Source: Candidatus Sulfotelmatobacter sp. (GTDB lineage: Bacteria > Acidobacteriota > Terriglobia > Terriglobales > Acidobacteriaceae). From it: 64,000 nucleotides of DNA. The position numbers were made by a program, and so were the translations under genes. The stretch spans positions 260,362-324,361 of the forward strand of contig JBAPPL010000028.1 in assembly GCA_049280095.1 (NCBI GenBank). The letters are read 5' to 3'. This document shows positions 8,403 through 16,911 of this stretch, in pieces. Under the pieces are notes generated by a model. That model had not been told where the DNA came from, searched no databases, and saw only the letters and a list, made by a program, of their open reading frames with translations. The first letter of the stretch is position 1; each line of letters opens with the position of its first letter.

Positions 8403-9062
8403 ATGGCATTACTCGAGCGTGTTTCCACATTAGTCCGGGCCAACCTCAACGATCTGATCGATAAGGCTGAGGAGCCGGAGAAGATGATCAAGCAGGTGAT
8501 TCTCGACATGCAGAACCAACTGCTGCAGGTGAAGACGCAGGTGGCGATTGCCATTGCCGATCAGCATCTGCTCGAGAAAAAACAAAAAGAGAACGAAGAA
8601 AAAGTGGCGGAATGGATGCGCAAGGCCGAACTGTCAGTCGACAAGAAACAGGACGACCTGGCACGAGCCTCATTGCAGCGCGTGGAAAGCTATCGCGAGA
8701 TGAGCGAGAGCTTCTTGCAGCAGGTGACAGACCAGAAGGCGCAGGTGGAGAACCTGAAGTCGGCGCTGCGCCAGTTGGAGCAGAAGCTGAGCGAGGCGCA
8801 GGCCAAGGCCGATCTGCTGATTGCGCAACATCGCCGCGCCCGGGCCGTGGGCAAGGCCAGTGACGCGCGCCTGGCCATGGGCGACGGCTCGAAAGCCGCG
8901 GCTTTCGACCGTATGAAGCGCAAAGTGGCGCACTCTGAAGCGGTGGGGCAGGCGAAGGCCGAGATTGCCAGCGACAATATGGAAGACCGCCTCGCCGCGC
9001 TGGAAAAAGAAGATCGCATTGAGCAGTTGCTGGCGGAGCTGAAGGGGAAGCGCGGAGCTTAG
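8403..9062 (+). CDS. pspA: PspA/IM30-family protein (phage shock protein A-like)
   Basis: MALLERVSTLVRANLNDLIDKAEEPEKMIKQVILDMQNQLLQVKTQVA matches the PspA N-terminus. The rest is coiled coil. Confidence 0.9.
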   Translation: MALLERVSTLVRANLNDLIDKAEEPEKMIKQVILDMQNQLLQVKTQVAIAIADQHLLEKKQKENEEKVAEWMRKAELSVDKKQDDLARASLQRVESYREMSESFLQQVTDQKAQVENLKSALRQLEQKLSEAQAKADLLIAQHRRARAVGKASDARLAMGDGSKAAAFDRMKRKVAHSEAVGQAKAEIASDNMEDRLAALEKEDRIEQLLAELKGKRGA

Positions 9063-9104
9063 TCGGACCGATGCGTTGGCGCCCGCGATTCGGTTGAGGG
9101 ACTA

Positions 9105-9190
9105 GGGATCCCCTCGGCACGCTCGGGGCAGGCTCTTCGACTCCGCATCCATTTCGCTTTCGCAAAGTGGATGCTCCGCTCAGGATGACA
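9105..9190. repeat. REP-A element
   Basis: CTCTTCGACTCCGCA ... GCTCCGCTCAGGATGAC (9173-9189). Confidence 0.7.
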
Positions 9191-9311
9191 CTAACCTTAG
9201 GATGCGCCCGGGGAATCGTCACCCCGGCTTACATCCATTGACCGGTCGGGCCGCATCTCTGTAATCTTGGTTGTGCAATTTCGGATGGGATTTCCGGTTC
9301 GAGGATCTTTC

Positions 9312-9833
9312 ATGAAGCAAGGTGCAATTCTCCTGCTGTTGCTGATGACGACGCTCATGCTGGGCGGCTGTGGCAGCACTCCCACGTCGGTTCAGACGGG
9401 GGCGGGTGGAATCTGGCTGGCGGAGTTGACCGGAGGCAGCGGCCAAGCGTCCGGGTTGAGCTTTATCACGGACTTCACGCTGAACGGCAATGCCACCCTG
9501 AACATTTTGAGCTTTCAATTCCTCAACTATAACCCCAACAACAGCGCCAACTGTTTCTCCTCCATCAACGGGCCAAATGTGACCGGATCAATCCCCTTGA
9601 CGCTTCAGTCGAACGACACCGTGACCGGCACCATCACCTACGTCGTGCAGTCGGGAGGCAATGCCCTTACCCTTAACGGAATCGTGAACGGAACGGCGAG
9701 AGAGAACGGGAGCGGGACGAATGCTACCTATACGCTGACCAGCGCCACGATCACCGGCACTTGGACTCTAACTGGTAGCTCCGGGTGCACCGTGAGCGGC
9801 GACACGTTTTTCACCATGACCCAGTCGTCCTGA
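9312..9833 (+). CDS. hypothetical lipoprotein
   Basis: MKQGAILLLLLMTTLMLGGCGS is a signal peptide with a lipobox. GAGGA Shine-Dalgarno before ATG 9312. Thr/Gly/Asn-rich mature part. Confidence 0.6.
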   Translation: MKQGAILLLLLMTTLMLGGCGSTPTSVQTGAGGIWLAELTGGSGQASGLSFITDFTLNGNATLNILSFQFLNYNPNNSANCFSSINGPNVTGSIPLTLQSNDTVTGTITYVVQSGGNALTLNGIVNGTARENGSGTNATYTLTSATITGTWTLTGSSGCTVSGDTFFTMTQSS

Positions 9834-9845
9834 AGTTTTTTGAGT

Positions 9846-9989
9846 TTAGAACCAATCGCTGCGATAAGCGACCCACCAGGACGCGAAGAGGATGGGAACG
9901 GTTGCGGCCACTCCCCACCAAATCGGCAGCAGAAAGTCCGCCATCAGGCCGAGCACTGTGAAGGTCATCCAGAAGACTTTCTTTTGCAT
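9846..9989 (-). CDS. candidate 47-aa membrane miniprotein (below the ORF-track cutoff)
   Basis: My own translation: MQKKVFWMTFTVLGLMADFLLPIWWGVAATVPILFASWWVAYRSDWF, with two hydrophobic helices. ATG at 9987-9989 (complement), TAA at 9846-9848. Confidence 0.35.
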   Translation of the reverse strand: MQKKVFWMTFTVLGLMADFLLPIWWGVAATVPILFASWWVAYRSDWF

Positions 9990-10057
9990 AGAGTAATTGT
10001 AGGCCGGAGGCTGCGGGAAGGCAGCAGTGCGGTTGGGCCAGCACTTTCGTCACCTCT

Positions 10058-10085
10058 CTGGTCTGCTATAGCTGGTCTGCTATAG
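10058..10085. repeat. perfect 14-bp tandem duplication (CTGGTCTGCTATAG x2)
   Basis: Copies at 10058-10071 and 10072-10085, ending 10 nt before the lpxD ATG. Confidence 0.85.
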
Positions 10086-10095
10086 AGTGGGAACC

Positions 10096-11109
10096 ATGAA
10101 GCGCTCGCTGCAAGAGATTGCCGAGGCTGTGGAAGCGCGCCTGCGTGGGGATGGGAAGGTCGAGATTGAGGGCGTGGCCAGCATCGGATCAGCCTCCAAG
10201 CATGATCTGGTGTTTGTGGAGGAAGAGAAATATCTTGCGCGGGCGATGCAATCGGGAGCGGGGGCGGTGATTGCGGGGGAATTCGCCGCGGCGGCATCCG
10301 GCAAGCCTTTGCTTATCAGCCGTCATCCCAAGCTAGCTTTTGCGCGGGCGGCGCGCTTTCTGCGGGACGGGAATCGCGATGGGAATAACGCCGGCGTACA
10401 TCCGACTGCGGTGGTTCATAAGTCGGTTCGTCTGGCGCCGGGTGTGGTGGTCGGGGAATATGCCGTCGTGGGGGCGGATGCGGAAATCGGGGAGAGCACG
10501 CGGATCGGCGCCGGTTGCTCGATTGCGCGAGGAGTGAAGATTGGGCGGGACTGCGAGATTTATTCGAAGGTTACGATTTATGCGGGGACCGCGCTGGGCG
10601 ACCGCGTCATCGTGCATGCGGGTGCGGTTCTTGGAAGCGATGGCTTCGGATATGTGCGCGACCCCAAGAGCGGGCGCTACGAGAAATTTCCGCAAGTCGG
10701 AAAGCTCGTGATCGAAGATGATGTGGAGATTGGCGCTAATACGACGATTGACCGCGGAGCGCTCGACGAGACGCGCATCGGGCAGGGAACGAAAATCGAC
10801 AACCTGGTGCATATCGGCCACAACTGCCGGCTGGGGCAGAATGTAGTGATTGCGGCACAGACCGGGCTCTCCGGCAGCATTGTGATTGAGAATGAGGTCG
10901 TGCTCGGAGGCCAGGTCGGCATTGGCGAACACGCGCGCATCGAAGAAGGAGTGATGCTGGGCGGGCAAGGCGGTGTGCTGCCGAATAAAGTGCTGCGCGG
11001 CAAGGGCGTGGCTTTCTGGGGGACTCCGGCGCAACCGGTTCGGGAATATCTGAAGCAGTTGGCGGCGCTGGCGAGGCTGGGACAAGGGAAGAAAGAAAAA
11101 AAGAGGTAG
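10096..11109 (+). CDS. lpxD: UDP-3-O-acylglucosamine N-acyltransferase
   Basis: N-terminal LQEIAEAVEARLRGDG...IEGVASIGSASKHDLVFV followed by long hexapeptide-repeat (LbH) region. Confidence 0.9.
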   Translation: MKRSLQEIAEAVEARLRGDGKVEIEGVASIGSASKHDLVFVEEEKYLARAMQSGAGAVIAGEFAAAASGKPLLISRHPKLAFARAARFLRDGNRDGNNAGVHPTAVVHKSVRLAPGVVVGEYAVVGADAEIGESTRIGAGCSIARGVKIGRDCEIYSKVTIYAGTALGDRVIVHAGAVLGSDGFGYVRDPKSGRYEKFPQVGKLVIEDDVEIGANTTIDRGALDETRIGQGTKIDNLVHIGHNCRLGQNVVIAAQTGLSGSIVIENEVVLGGQVGIGEHARIEEGVMLGGQGGVLPNKVLRGKGVAFWGTPAQPVREYLKQLAALARLGQGKKEKKR

Positions 11110-11111
11110 GC

Positions 11112-11756
11112 GTGGCGATCGTCGTGATTGGCGGGCATTCGCGAAGCGTGGGGAAAACCAGCGTGGTCGCGGGACTGATTTCCGCGCTCCGCGAATACGA
11201 TTGGACCGCGGTGAAGATTACACAATATGGACACGGGGTTTGTTCTGCTAATGGAGCGCCGTGCGATTGTGCCACTGACGATCACAGCTGGGCGATTTCT
11301 GAGGAGAAAGATCGCAGCGGAGAGTCCGACACTTCACGCTTTCTTGTGGCGGGCGCGGCTCGAGCCTTGTGGGTGCGCACCGAGCAGGGCAGGCTGGCTG
11401 AAGCCATGCCTGCGCTGCGGCAACGGCTGGAACAGGCGCGGCATGTGATGGTGGAATCGAACAGCGTGCTGAAGTTCCTGCGGCCGGACTTGTATCTGAC
11501 AGTGCTCGACCCGGGCACGGAGGATTTCAAGACTTCGGCGCGCGAATTTCTAGATCGCGCCGGTGCGGTGATTCTGCACGAGGGTTCACAATCTGGAACG
11601 GCGTGGCAAGGCGTTTCGTTGAAGCCGGTGGCCGCACGACCGGTGTTCCGGATTACGCCTCCGCCTTATGTGACGGCGGAGATTGTCGACTTCGTGCGGA
11701 GTGCGGTGGCGCTGCACGCGACAGCGGATTCCTCGGCGCTGCGCGCTTCGGAATGA
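11112..11756 (+). CDS. hypothetical P-loop-like protein (DTBS/MobB-like N-terminus)
   Basis: IVVIGGHSRSVGKTSVVAGL resembles the GxxxxxGKT loop of BioD/CobQ-type proteins. The remainder is unrecognised. Confidence 0.45.
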   Translation: MAIVVIGGHSRSVGKTSVVAGLISALREYDWTAVKITQYGHGVCSANGAPCDCATDDHSWAISEEKDRSGESDTSRFLVAGAARALWVRTEQGRLAEAMPALRQRLEQARHVMVESNSVLKFLRPDLYLTVLDPGTEDFKTSAREFLDRAGAVILHEGSQSGTAWQGVSLKPVAARPVFRITPPPYVTAEIVDFVRSAVALHATADSSALRASE

Positions 11757-11800
11757 CAAAGTTTAATTAGGTTGCAGACTGCGGACGGCTGACAGCCGGT

Positions 11801-13447
11801 TTGTTATCCTTGGCCGTGCGGCAAATTCATTTCAGCGCCTGGTTGTTGGTTCTTCTCTCGTCGATCCTGCAGGTACTTATCTTTCCTCTTGCCGGACTTT
11901 ACATTCTTTCCTGGGTGGCTTTTGCGCCTTTGATCGCAGCTCTCCTGCGTGCGCGGCCTGCGGGAGTGCTGGAAATCAACGGCTCTGTCGATCTTCAGGC
12001 GGCGAAACCCGGGCAGGCTTTCTTGCTGGCATATGTTTCCGGAATCCTCTGGTATGCAGGCACGTGCTACTGGATCTATAACACCATGCACGAACATGGC
12101 GGCCTGAGCGTGCCGTTCGCCCTGCTGGCTCTGTTTCTCTTTTGTCTTTATCTGGGGCTTTATCACGGGCTGTTCGGCTTGTTGTTGAGCTGGTCGGTGG
12201 GACCGAGCGGAGATTATCGCCGGGCCTTGATCGCTGCGCCGTTTCTGTGGGTTGCTGTGGAGTTGGCTCGCTTCGACGTCACCGGCTTCCCTTGGAACCT
12301 GCTGGGCACCGCGCAGGTGGATAACATTTCACTCAGCCGCATCACGACCTGGACCGGCGTTTACGGAGTCTCGTTCGAGATCATGCTGGTGAATGTCGCG
12401 GTGGCGGCGGCATTCCTGGTGCTGCGAAAAAAGCGAAGCACGCTGTTAGTGGCCGCGCTGGCTGCGGCGGCAGTGCTGCAAGCGGGGAGGTTGGTGGACG
12501 CGCCTGCGATTCCGGCAGATCGTGCGGCGCTTCTGGTTCAGGAAAATATTCCGGTGGATGAAACCTGGACCCGCGACACTTTCGAGCGCACGCTGCGGGA
12601 GTTGACTGATCTCAGCGTGAAAGATTTCAGGGTGAAGGGCGACGCTTCGACGGTTTCTGACGCGAGCAATTCCAAGCCGGGCGGTATCGACCTGATCGTC
12701 TGGCCAGAATCTCCGGCGCCTTTTTTCACCAGCGATCCGCTATTCCGCGAGCCCGTGAGTCAGATGGCTCGCGAGACGCACAGCTGGGTGGTGACGGGCG
12801 CTATCGGAACCGCGCCCGCCGCGCAGAGTGCACGCCCTGCTTCGCAGGTATTCAACTCGGCCGCACTCATCAGTCCCGCGGGTGATTGGACGTCGCGTTA
12901 CGACAAAGTGCATCTGGTGCCGTTCGGAGAATATCTGCCGTTTCCCAAGCTCTTCGCGTTTGCGGGGGGATTAACCAAAGAGGTAGGGGAATTCGAAGCA
13001 GGCACCTCGCGGACGCCTTTGGATGCGGGCGGAACAAAGCTAGGAGTTTTCATCTGCTACGAGTCGGTGTTTCCCGGCGAAGTCCGGCAGTTTGCGGATC
13101 AGGGTGCGCAGGTTTTGGTGAATATTTCGAACGACGGCTGGTATGGCGACAGCGGCGCATATGCACAGCACCTGAATCAAACACGCATGCGCGCCATCGA
13201 GAACGACCGCTGGATCTTGAGTGCGACCGATACGGGAGTGACGGCTTCGATCGACCCTTACGGGCGAACCGTGGCGCGCCTTCCGCGCAAGGAACGGGCA
13301 GCGCTGGTTGCTCCTTATGCCCTCACTTCCGTAACCACGTTCTACACGCGGCACGGCGATTGGTTCGCCTGGCTGTGTGCGATAATTTCAGCAGGGGCGC
13401 TGATCACGCGCTTTGCATTTTCCGGGAAGGCGAAAGACTCCGAATGA
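11801..13447 (+). CDS. lnt: apolipoprotein N-acyltransferase
   Basis: Multi-TM N-terminal half and a CN-hydrolase C-terminal half (LIVWPESP..., VFICYESVFPGEVRQF, NISNDGWY). TTG start at 11801. Confidence 0.85.
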   Translation: MLSLAVRQIHFSAWLLVLLSSILQVLIFPLAGLYILSWVAFAPLIAALLRARPAGVLEINGSVDLQAAKPGQAFLLAYVSGILWYAGTCYWIYNTMHEHGGLSVPFALLALFLFCLYLGLYHGLFGLLLSWSVGPSGDYRRALIAAPFLWVAVELARFDVTGFPWNLLGTAQVDNISLSRITTWTGVYGVSFEIMLVNVAVAAAFLVLRKKRSTLLVAALAAAAVLQAGRLVDAPAIPADRAALLVQENIPVDETWTRDTFERTLRELTDLSVKDFRVKGDASTVSDASNSKPGGIDLIVWPESPAPFFTSDPLFREPVSQMARETHSWVVTGAIGTAPAAQSARPASQVFNSAALISPAGDWTSRYDKVHLVPFGEYLPFPKLFAFAGGLTKEVGEFEAGTSRTPLDAGGTKLGVFICYESVFPGEVRQFADQGAQVLVNISNDGWYGDSGAYAQHLNQTRMRAIENDRWILSATDTGVTASIDPYGRTVARLPRKERAALVAPYALTSVTTFYTRHGDWFAWLCAIISAGALITRFAFSGKAKDSE

Positions 13448-14545
13448 ATCAAGAGTTGGAACAGGAATACGGGTCGTTGAATAAGAAGGTGCGCGAGCTC
13501 CGGGAGTATCTTTGACGCGGCGAAGCTCCGTCCACAGCTAGCCGAAATTGAAAAGCAAGCCGCCGACCCGAATCTGTGGTCGAATCCGCAACGATCCCAA
13601 CAGGTGATGCGCGAGAAAAAGCGTCTGGAGCATTTGCTGGCGACAGATGCCGATCTTGGCCGCCGCGGCGATGACATTGCCGCCTACTTCGAACTGGCGA
13701 AAGAAGGCGAGAATGTCGATGCCGAGTTGCGCCGCGACGTCGACTCGCTGCGCGGACTGGTCGACAAGCTTGAAACCGAGACGCTGCTCTCCGGCCCAAA
13801 CGATGCGCTCAATGCCATCGTGACCATTCATCCCGGAGCGGGCGGAACGGAATCGCAGGACTGGGCCGACATGCTGCTCCGCATGTATTTGCGCTGGGCG
13901 GAGCGGCAGGGATTCGAGACCGTTCTTTACGATTACCAGCCGGGCGAGGAAGCAGGGTTGAAATCGGCGACGTTCGCGGTGAACGGCGAGTATGCCTTTG
14001 GCCTGTTGAGCAGCGAGATCGGCGTGCACCGCCTGGTGCGGATTTCGCCATTCGATCAAGCCAAGCGGCGGCATACTTCGTTTGCGAGCGTTTTTGTTTC
14101 TCCGGAAATCGACGACAGCATTGAAGTGGTCATCAAGCCCGAAGACATTCGCACCGACACTTACCGCTCGAGCGGCAAGGGTGGGCAGCACGTCAATACG
14201 ACGGATTCGGCGGTGCGCATCACTCATATCGCGACCGGCCTTGTGGCCAGTTGCCAAAATGAGCGCTCGCAGCACAAGAATCGCGAGCGCGCCATGAGCA
14301 TGCTGCGCTCCAAGCTCTACGAATTCGAGATGGAGAAAAAGCGCGCCGCCTCGAAAAAGATTGAGGATTCCAAACTCGATAACGACTTCGGATCGCAGAT
14401 TCGTTCCTACGTGCTGCAGCCCTATCGCATGATCAAAGATCACCGCACCAAGACCGAAGTGGGCGATGTGGACCGCGTGCTCGACGGCGACTTGCAGCCG
14501 TTCATACGGGCGTATTTGCTGGCGCGGCGTGGGGAGAAGTCGTGA
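13444..14545 (+). CDS. prfB: peptide chain release factor 2, with programmed +1 frameshift at 13510-13516
   Basis: Frame 1 (13444-13512) reads MNQELEQEYGSLNKKVRELREYL and runs into CTT TGA C. The +1 frame from 13514 continues DAAKLRPQLAEIEKQAADPNLW... and carries SPF (RISPFD) and GGQ (SGKGGQHVNTT). Confidence 0.95.
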
Positions 14546-15177
14546 GGAAACCCGTGAAGGCAGTGGCGGCGAAAGCGAAATCGACCAAGCTCGGCCCTCG
14601 CTTTCTGCGCGCATTTAACTTTGCTGCGGAGAAGCATGCCGGGCAAACGCGCAAGGCCTCAAGGACTCCTTACATCGCGCACTTGATGGGAGTTGCTTCG
14701 CTGGTGCTGGAGTTCGGGGGCGACGAAGATATGGCGATTGCGGCTCTGCTGCACGATGTGGTGGAAGACTGCGGGGGTGCGCCCATGCTGAAGGAAATCC
14801 GGCGGAAGTTTGGGAGCCGCGTGGCCAAGATTGTGGACGGCTGCACGGACTCGGATACGGATCCCAAGCCGCCGTGGCGCGAACGCAAAGAAACCTATAT
14901 CCGGCATCTGAAGAGCGCCGACGCGGAAACCCGGCTGGTTTCCGCTGCCGATAAACTCAACAACGTGCGCTCGATTCTTTCCGACTACCGGGAAGTCGAG
15001 GAGTCAATCTGGGACCGTTTCAGTGGCGGACGTGAGGGCACTCTTTGGTACTATCGGGCTTTGCTGGAAGAATTCCTTCGGGGCCAACCCAGCCGGTTAG
15101 CTCGGGAGTTGGAGCTGGCGGTAAGAGAACTTGAAGGCAGCGCGAAACTTGCTGGTTCCGGAAGTGCAGAGAGGTGA
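14542..15177 (+). CDS. HD-domain protein, SpoT/RelA hydrolase-like (candidate small alarmone hydrolase)
   Basis: FAAEKHAGQTRKASRTPYIAHLMGVASLVLEFGGDEDMAIAALLHDVVED. Its GTG start overlaps the prfB stop (GTGA). Confidence 0.7.
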   Translation: MRKPVKAVAAKAKSTKLGPRFLRAFNFAAEKHAGQTRKASRTPYIAHLMGVASLVLEFGGDEDMAIAALLHDVVEDCGGAPMLKEIRRKFGSRVAKIVDGCTDSDTDPKPPWRERKETYIRHLKSADAETRLVSAADKLNNVRSILSDYREVEESIWDRFSGGREGTLWYYRALLEEFLRGQPSRLARELELAVRELEGSAKLAGSGSAER

Positions 15178-15181
15178 ACTG

Positions 15182-16453
15182 ATGCCGCGGCAGATCGATT
15201 TAATTCGCGCTTCGAAGCTGCCGTCGAACATGATGCAGTTCGCGGCGAAGGGCGCGCTGTCGGTGCCGCCGGACGAGAATCTTGAGATCCTGGTTTATCT
15301 CGCTAAGCATAATAAGATTTTTGGTGACCTCGCCCGCATGACGTTGGCGGGCTGGGACGAGAAGGCATCGCTGGCCGCGGCTTCTAATCCGAAGACCGCG
15401 CGTGAGGTGCTCGACTATTTAGTTGCGCCCGAGAACCTTCGTCCCAGGTTGCTGCCGGCGCTGCTGGAGAATCCTTCGGTCGCTGACGGTGAGTTAGCCA
15501 AGTTCGCCATTTCTGCATCTCCCGAAGCAATCGCGGCTATGCTGAAGAGCCCGCGAGTGCGGGCTTCAACGGGGATTCTGGAGTGTCTCCGCGCGAACCC
15601 GTACTTGAAGGCCACCGAAGCATCCGAAGTTGCCGGGTTACTTGGAGGTGAGAAGAGCGAGCCGGCTCCGATTCCGGGTGCGGAGCGCGCACCGGGGGTG
15701 GATGAATCCGTTGCCGCGAACTCCTCCGAATTGCCTGAGGAAGCGACTCCCGAGGCAATCGACGAAGGCGGAGAGGTTCCCGACGAGACGATTTCCGCCT
15801 ACCTCGCCGAGCACGCCACGGAGATTGCCGGAGAGCAGGACAAGCCGTTCCAGCCGGTCGGCGGCATAGTGGAATTGCTGGGCTCTGGTTATTTTCCGGT
15901 GTCGGAAAACAAAGAAATGGCGGAGGCTGCCGACAAGGCGCAGGAATCCGCCGCCGAGCCGGCCACCACGGCTTCGGCAGCCGTGGCAAAGGCGAAGCTC
16001 GCCGCAGCCCAGCCTAAGCCCGGCCAGCGGGACAACACGCTGCAGAAAATCAACCGTCTGGATGTGAAAGGCCGCATCCAGCTGGCGATGAAAGGCAATA
16101 AGGAAGAGCGGTCCATTCTGATTCGTGACGGCACCAAGGTGGTGGCGCTGGCAGTGCTCGATGCGCCCAAGATTTCCGATGGGGAAGTGGAAAGGTTCGC
16201 CCTGCAGAAGAACGTGCTGGAAGCGGTTCTTCGGCAGATTCCTCTGAAACGCCGCTTCATGAAGAACTACATTGTGGTGCGGAATCTGGTGTCGAATCCA
16301 CGCACGCCGCTCGATCTTGGATTAGGGTTGATGAAGCATCTCTTAATGAAGGACTTGAAAAACATCTCCGCCAACAAGGAGGTCTCTGAGACCGTCCGCA
16401 ATCTGGCTCTGAAGATGTACAAGCAGAAGTTGGACGCCGCGAACAAGAAATAG
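15182..16453 (+). CDS. hypothetical bipartite helical-repeat protein with acidic linker
   Basis: ATG 15182 after a GAGAGG Shine-Dalgarno. N- and C-terminal helical repeats with NP(K/R)TP-type turns, and a central Glu/Ala/Pro-rich linker. Confidence 0.55.
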   Translation: MPRQIDLIRASKLPSNMMQFAAKGALSVPPDENLEILVYLAKHNKIFGDLARMTLAGWDEKASLAAASNPKTAREVLDYLVAPENLRPRLLPALLENPSVADGELAKFAISASPEAIAAMLKSPRVRASTGILECLRANPYLKATEASEVAGLLGGEKSEPAPIPGAERAPGVDESVAANSSELPEEATPEAIDEGGEVPDETISAYLAEHATEIAGEQDKPFQPVGGIVELLGSGYFPVSENKEMAEAADKAQESAAEPATTASAAVAKAKLAAAQPKPGQRDNTLQKINRLDVKGRIQLAMKGNKEERSILIRDGTKVVALAVLDAPKISDGEVERFALQKNVLEAVLRQIPLKRRFMKNYIVVRNLVSNPRTPLDLGLGLMKHLLMKDLKNISANKEVSETVRNLALKMYKQKLDAANKK

Positions 16454-16464
16454 AAAAGGAATTC

Positions 16465-16878
16465 ATGGCTTCTTCGCCGCCGGCAGATCCTGTAACCGAA
16501 CTCTTACGCAACGCTAAAACCATCGCGGTGGTTGGACTCTCTGACAATCCGCTGCGTCCCAGCTATGGCGTGACGGTCTACATGCAGGGCGAGGGATACC
16601 GCATCATTCCGGTGAATCCGCAGATCGAGTCTTGTCTAGGCGAAAAGGCTTATGCTTCTTTGCTGGATGTGCCCGAGAAGATCGACATCGTTAACATTTT
16701 CCGGCGGCCGGAGTTCGTAGAAGAAATTGTGGATGAAGCCATTCAGTTGAAGGTCCCGGCGATCTGGATGCAGGAAGAAGTGATTCACGAGAAGGCCGCT
16801 GAGAAGGCGCGCCTGGCAGGAATCTTCGTAGTGATGGATCGATGCATTCTGAAAGAACACCACGCTCGGTTCCGATGA
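16465..16878 (+). CDS. CoA-binding domain protein (YccU/YneT-like)
   Basis: AKTIAVVGLSDNPLRPSYGVTVYMQGEGYRIIPVNP. Confidence 0.8.
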   Translation: MASSPPADPVTELLRNAKTIAVVGLSDNPLRPSYGVTVYMQGEGYRIIPVNPQIESCLGEKAYASLLDVPEKIDIVNIFRRPEFVEEIVDEAIQLKVPAIWMQEEVIHEKAAEKARLAGIFVVMDRCILKEHHARFR

Positions 16879-16911
16879 GCTAAATCCCCAGCGCTTGCCT
16901 TAGCGCCTGAC

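Noticed and set aside
12886-13515. 209-aa ORF that ends at the RF2 frameshift site.
   Set aside because: Most of it is an alternate frame of lnt. Only its last 23 codons are real, as the first segment of prfB.
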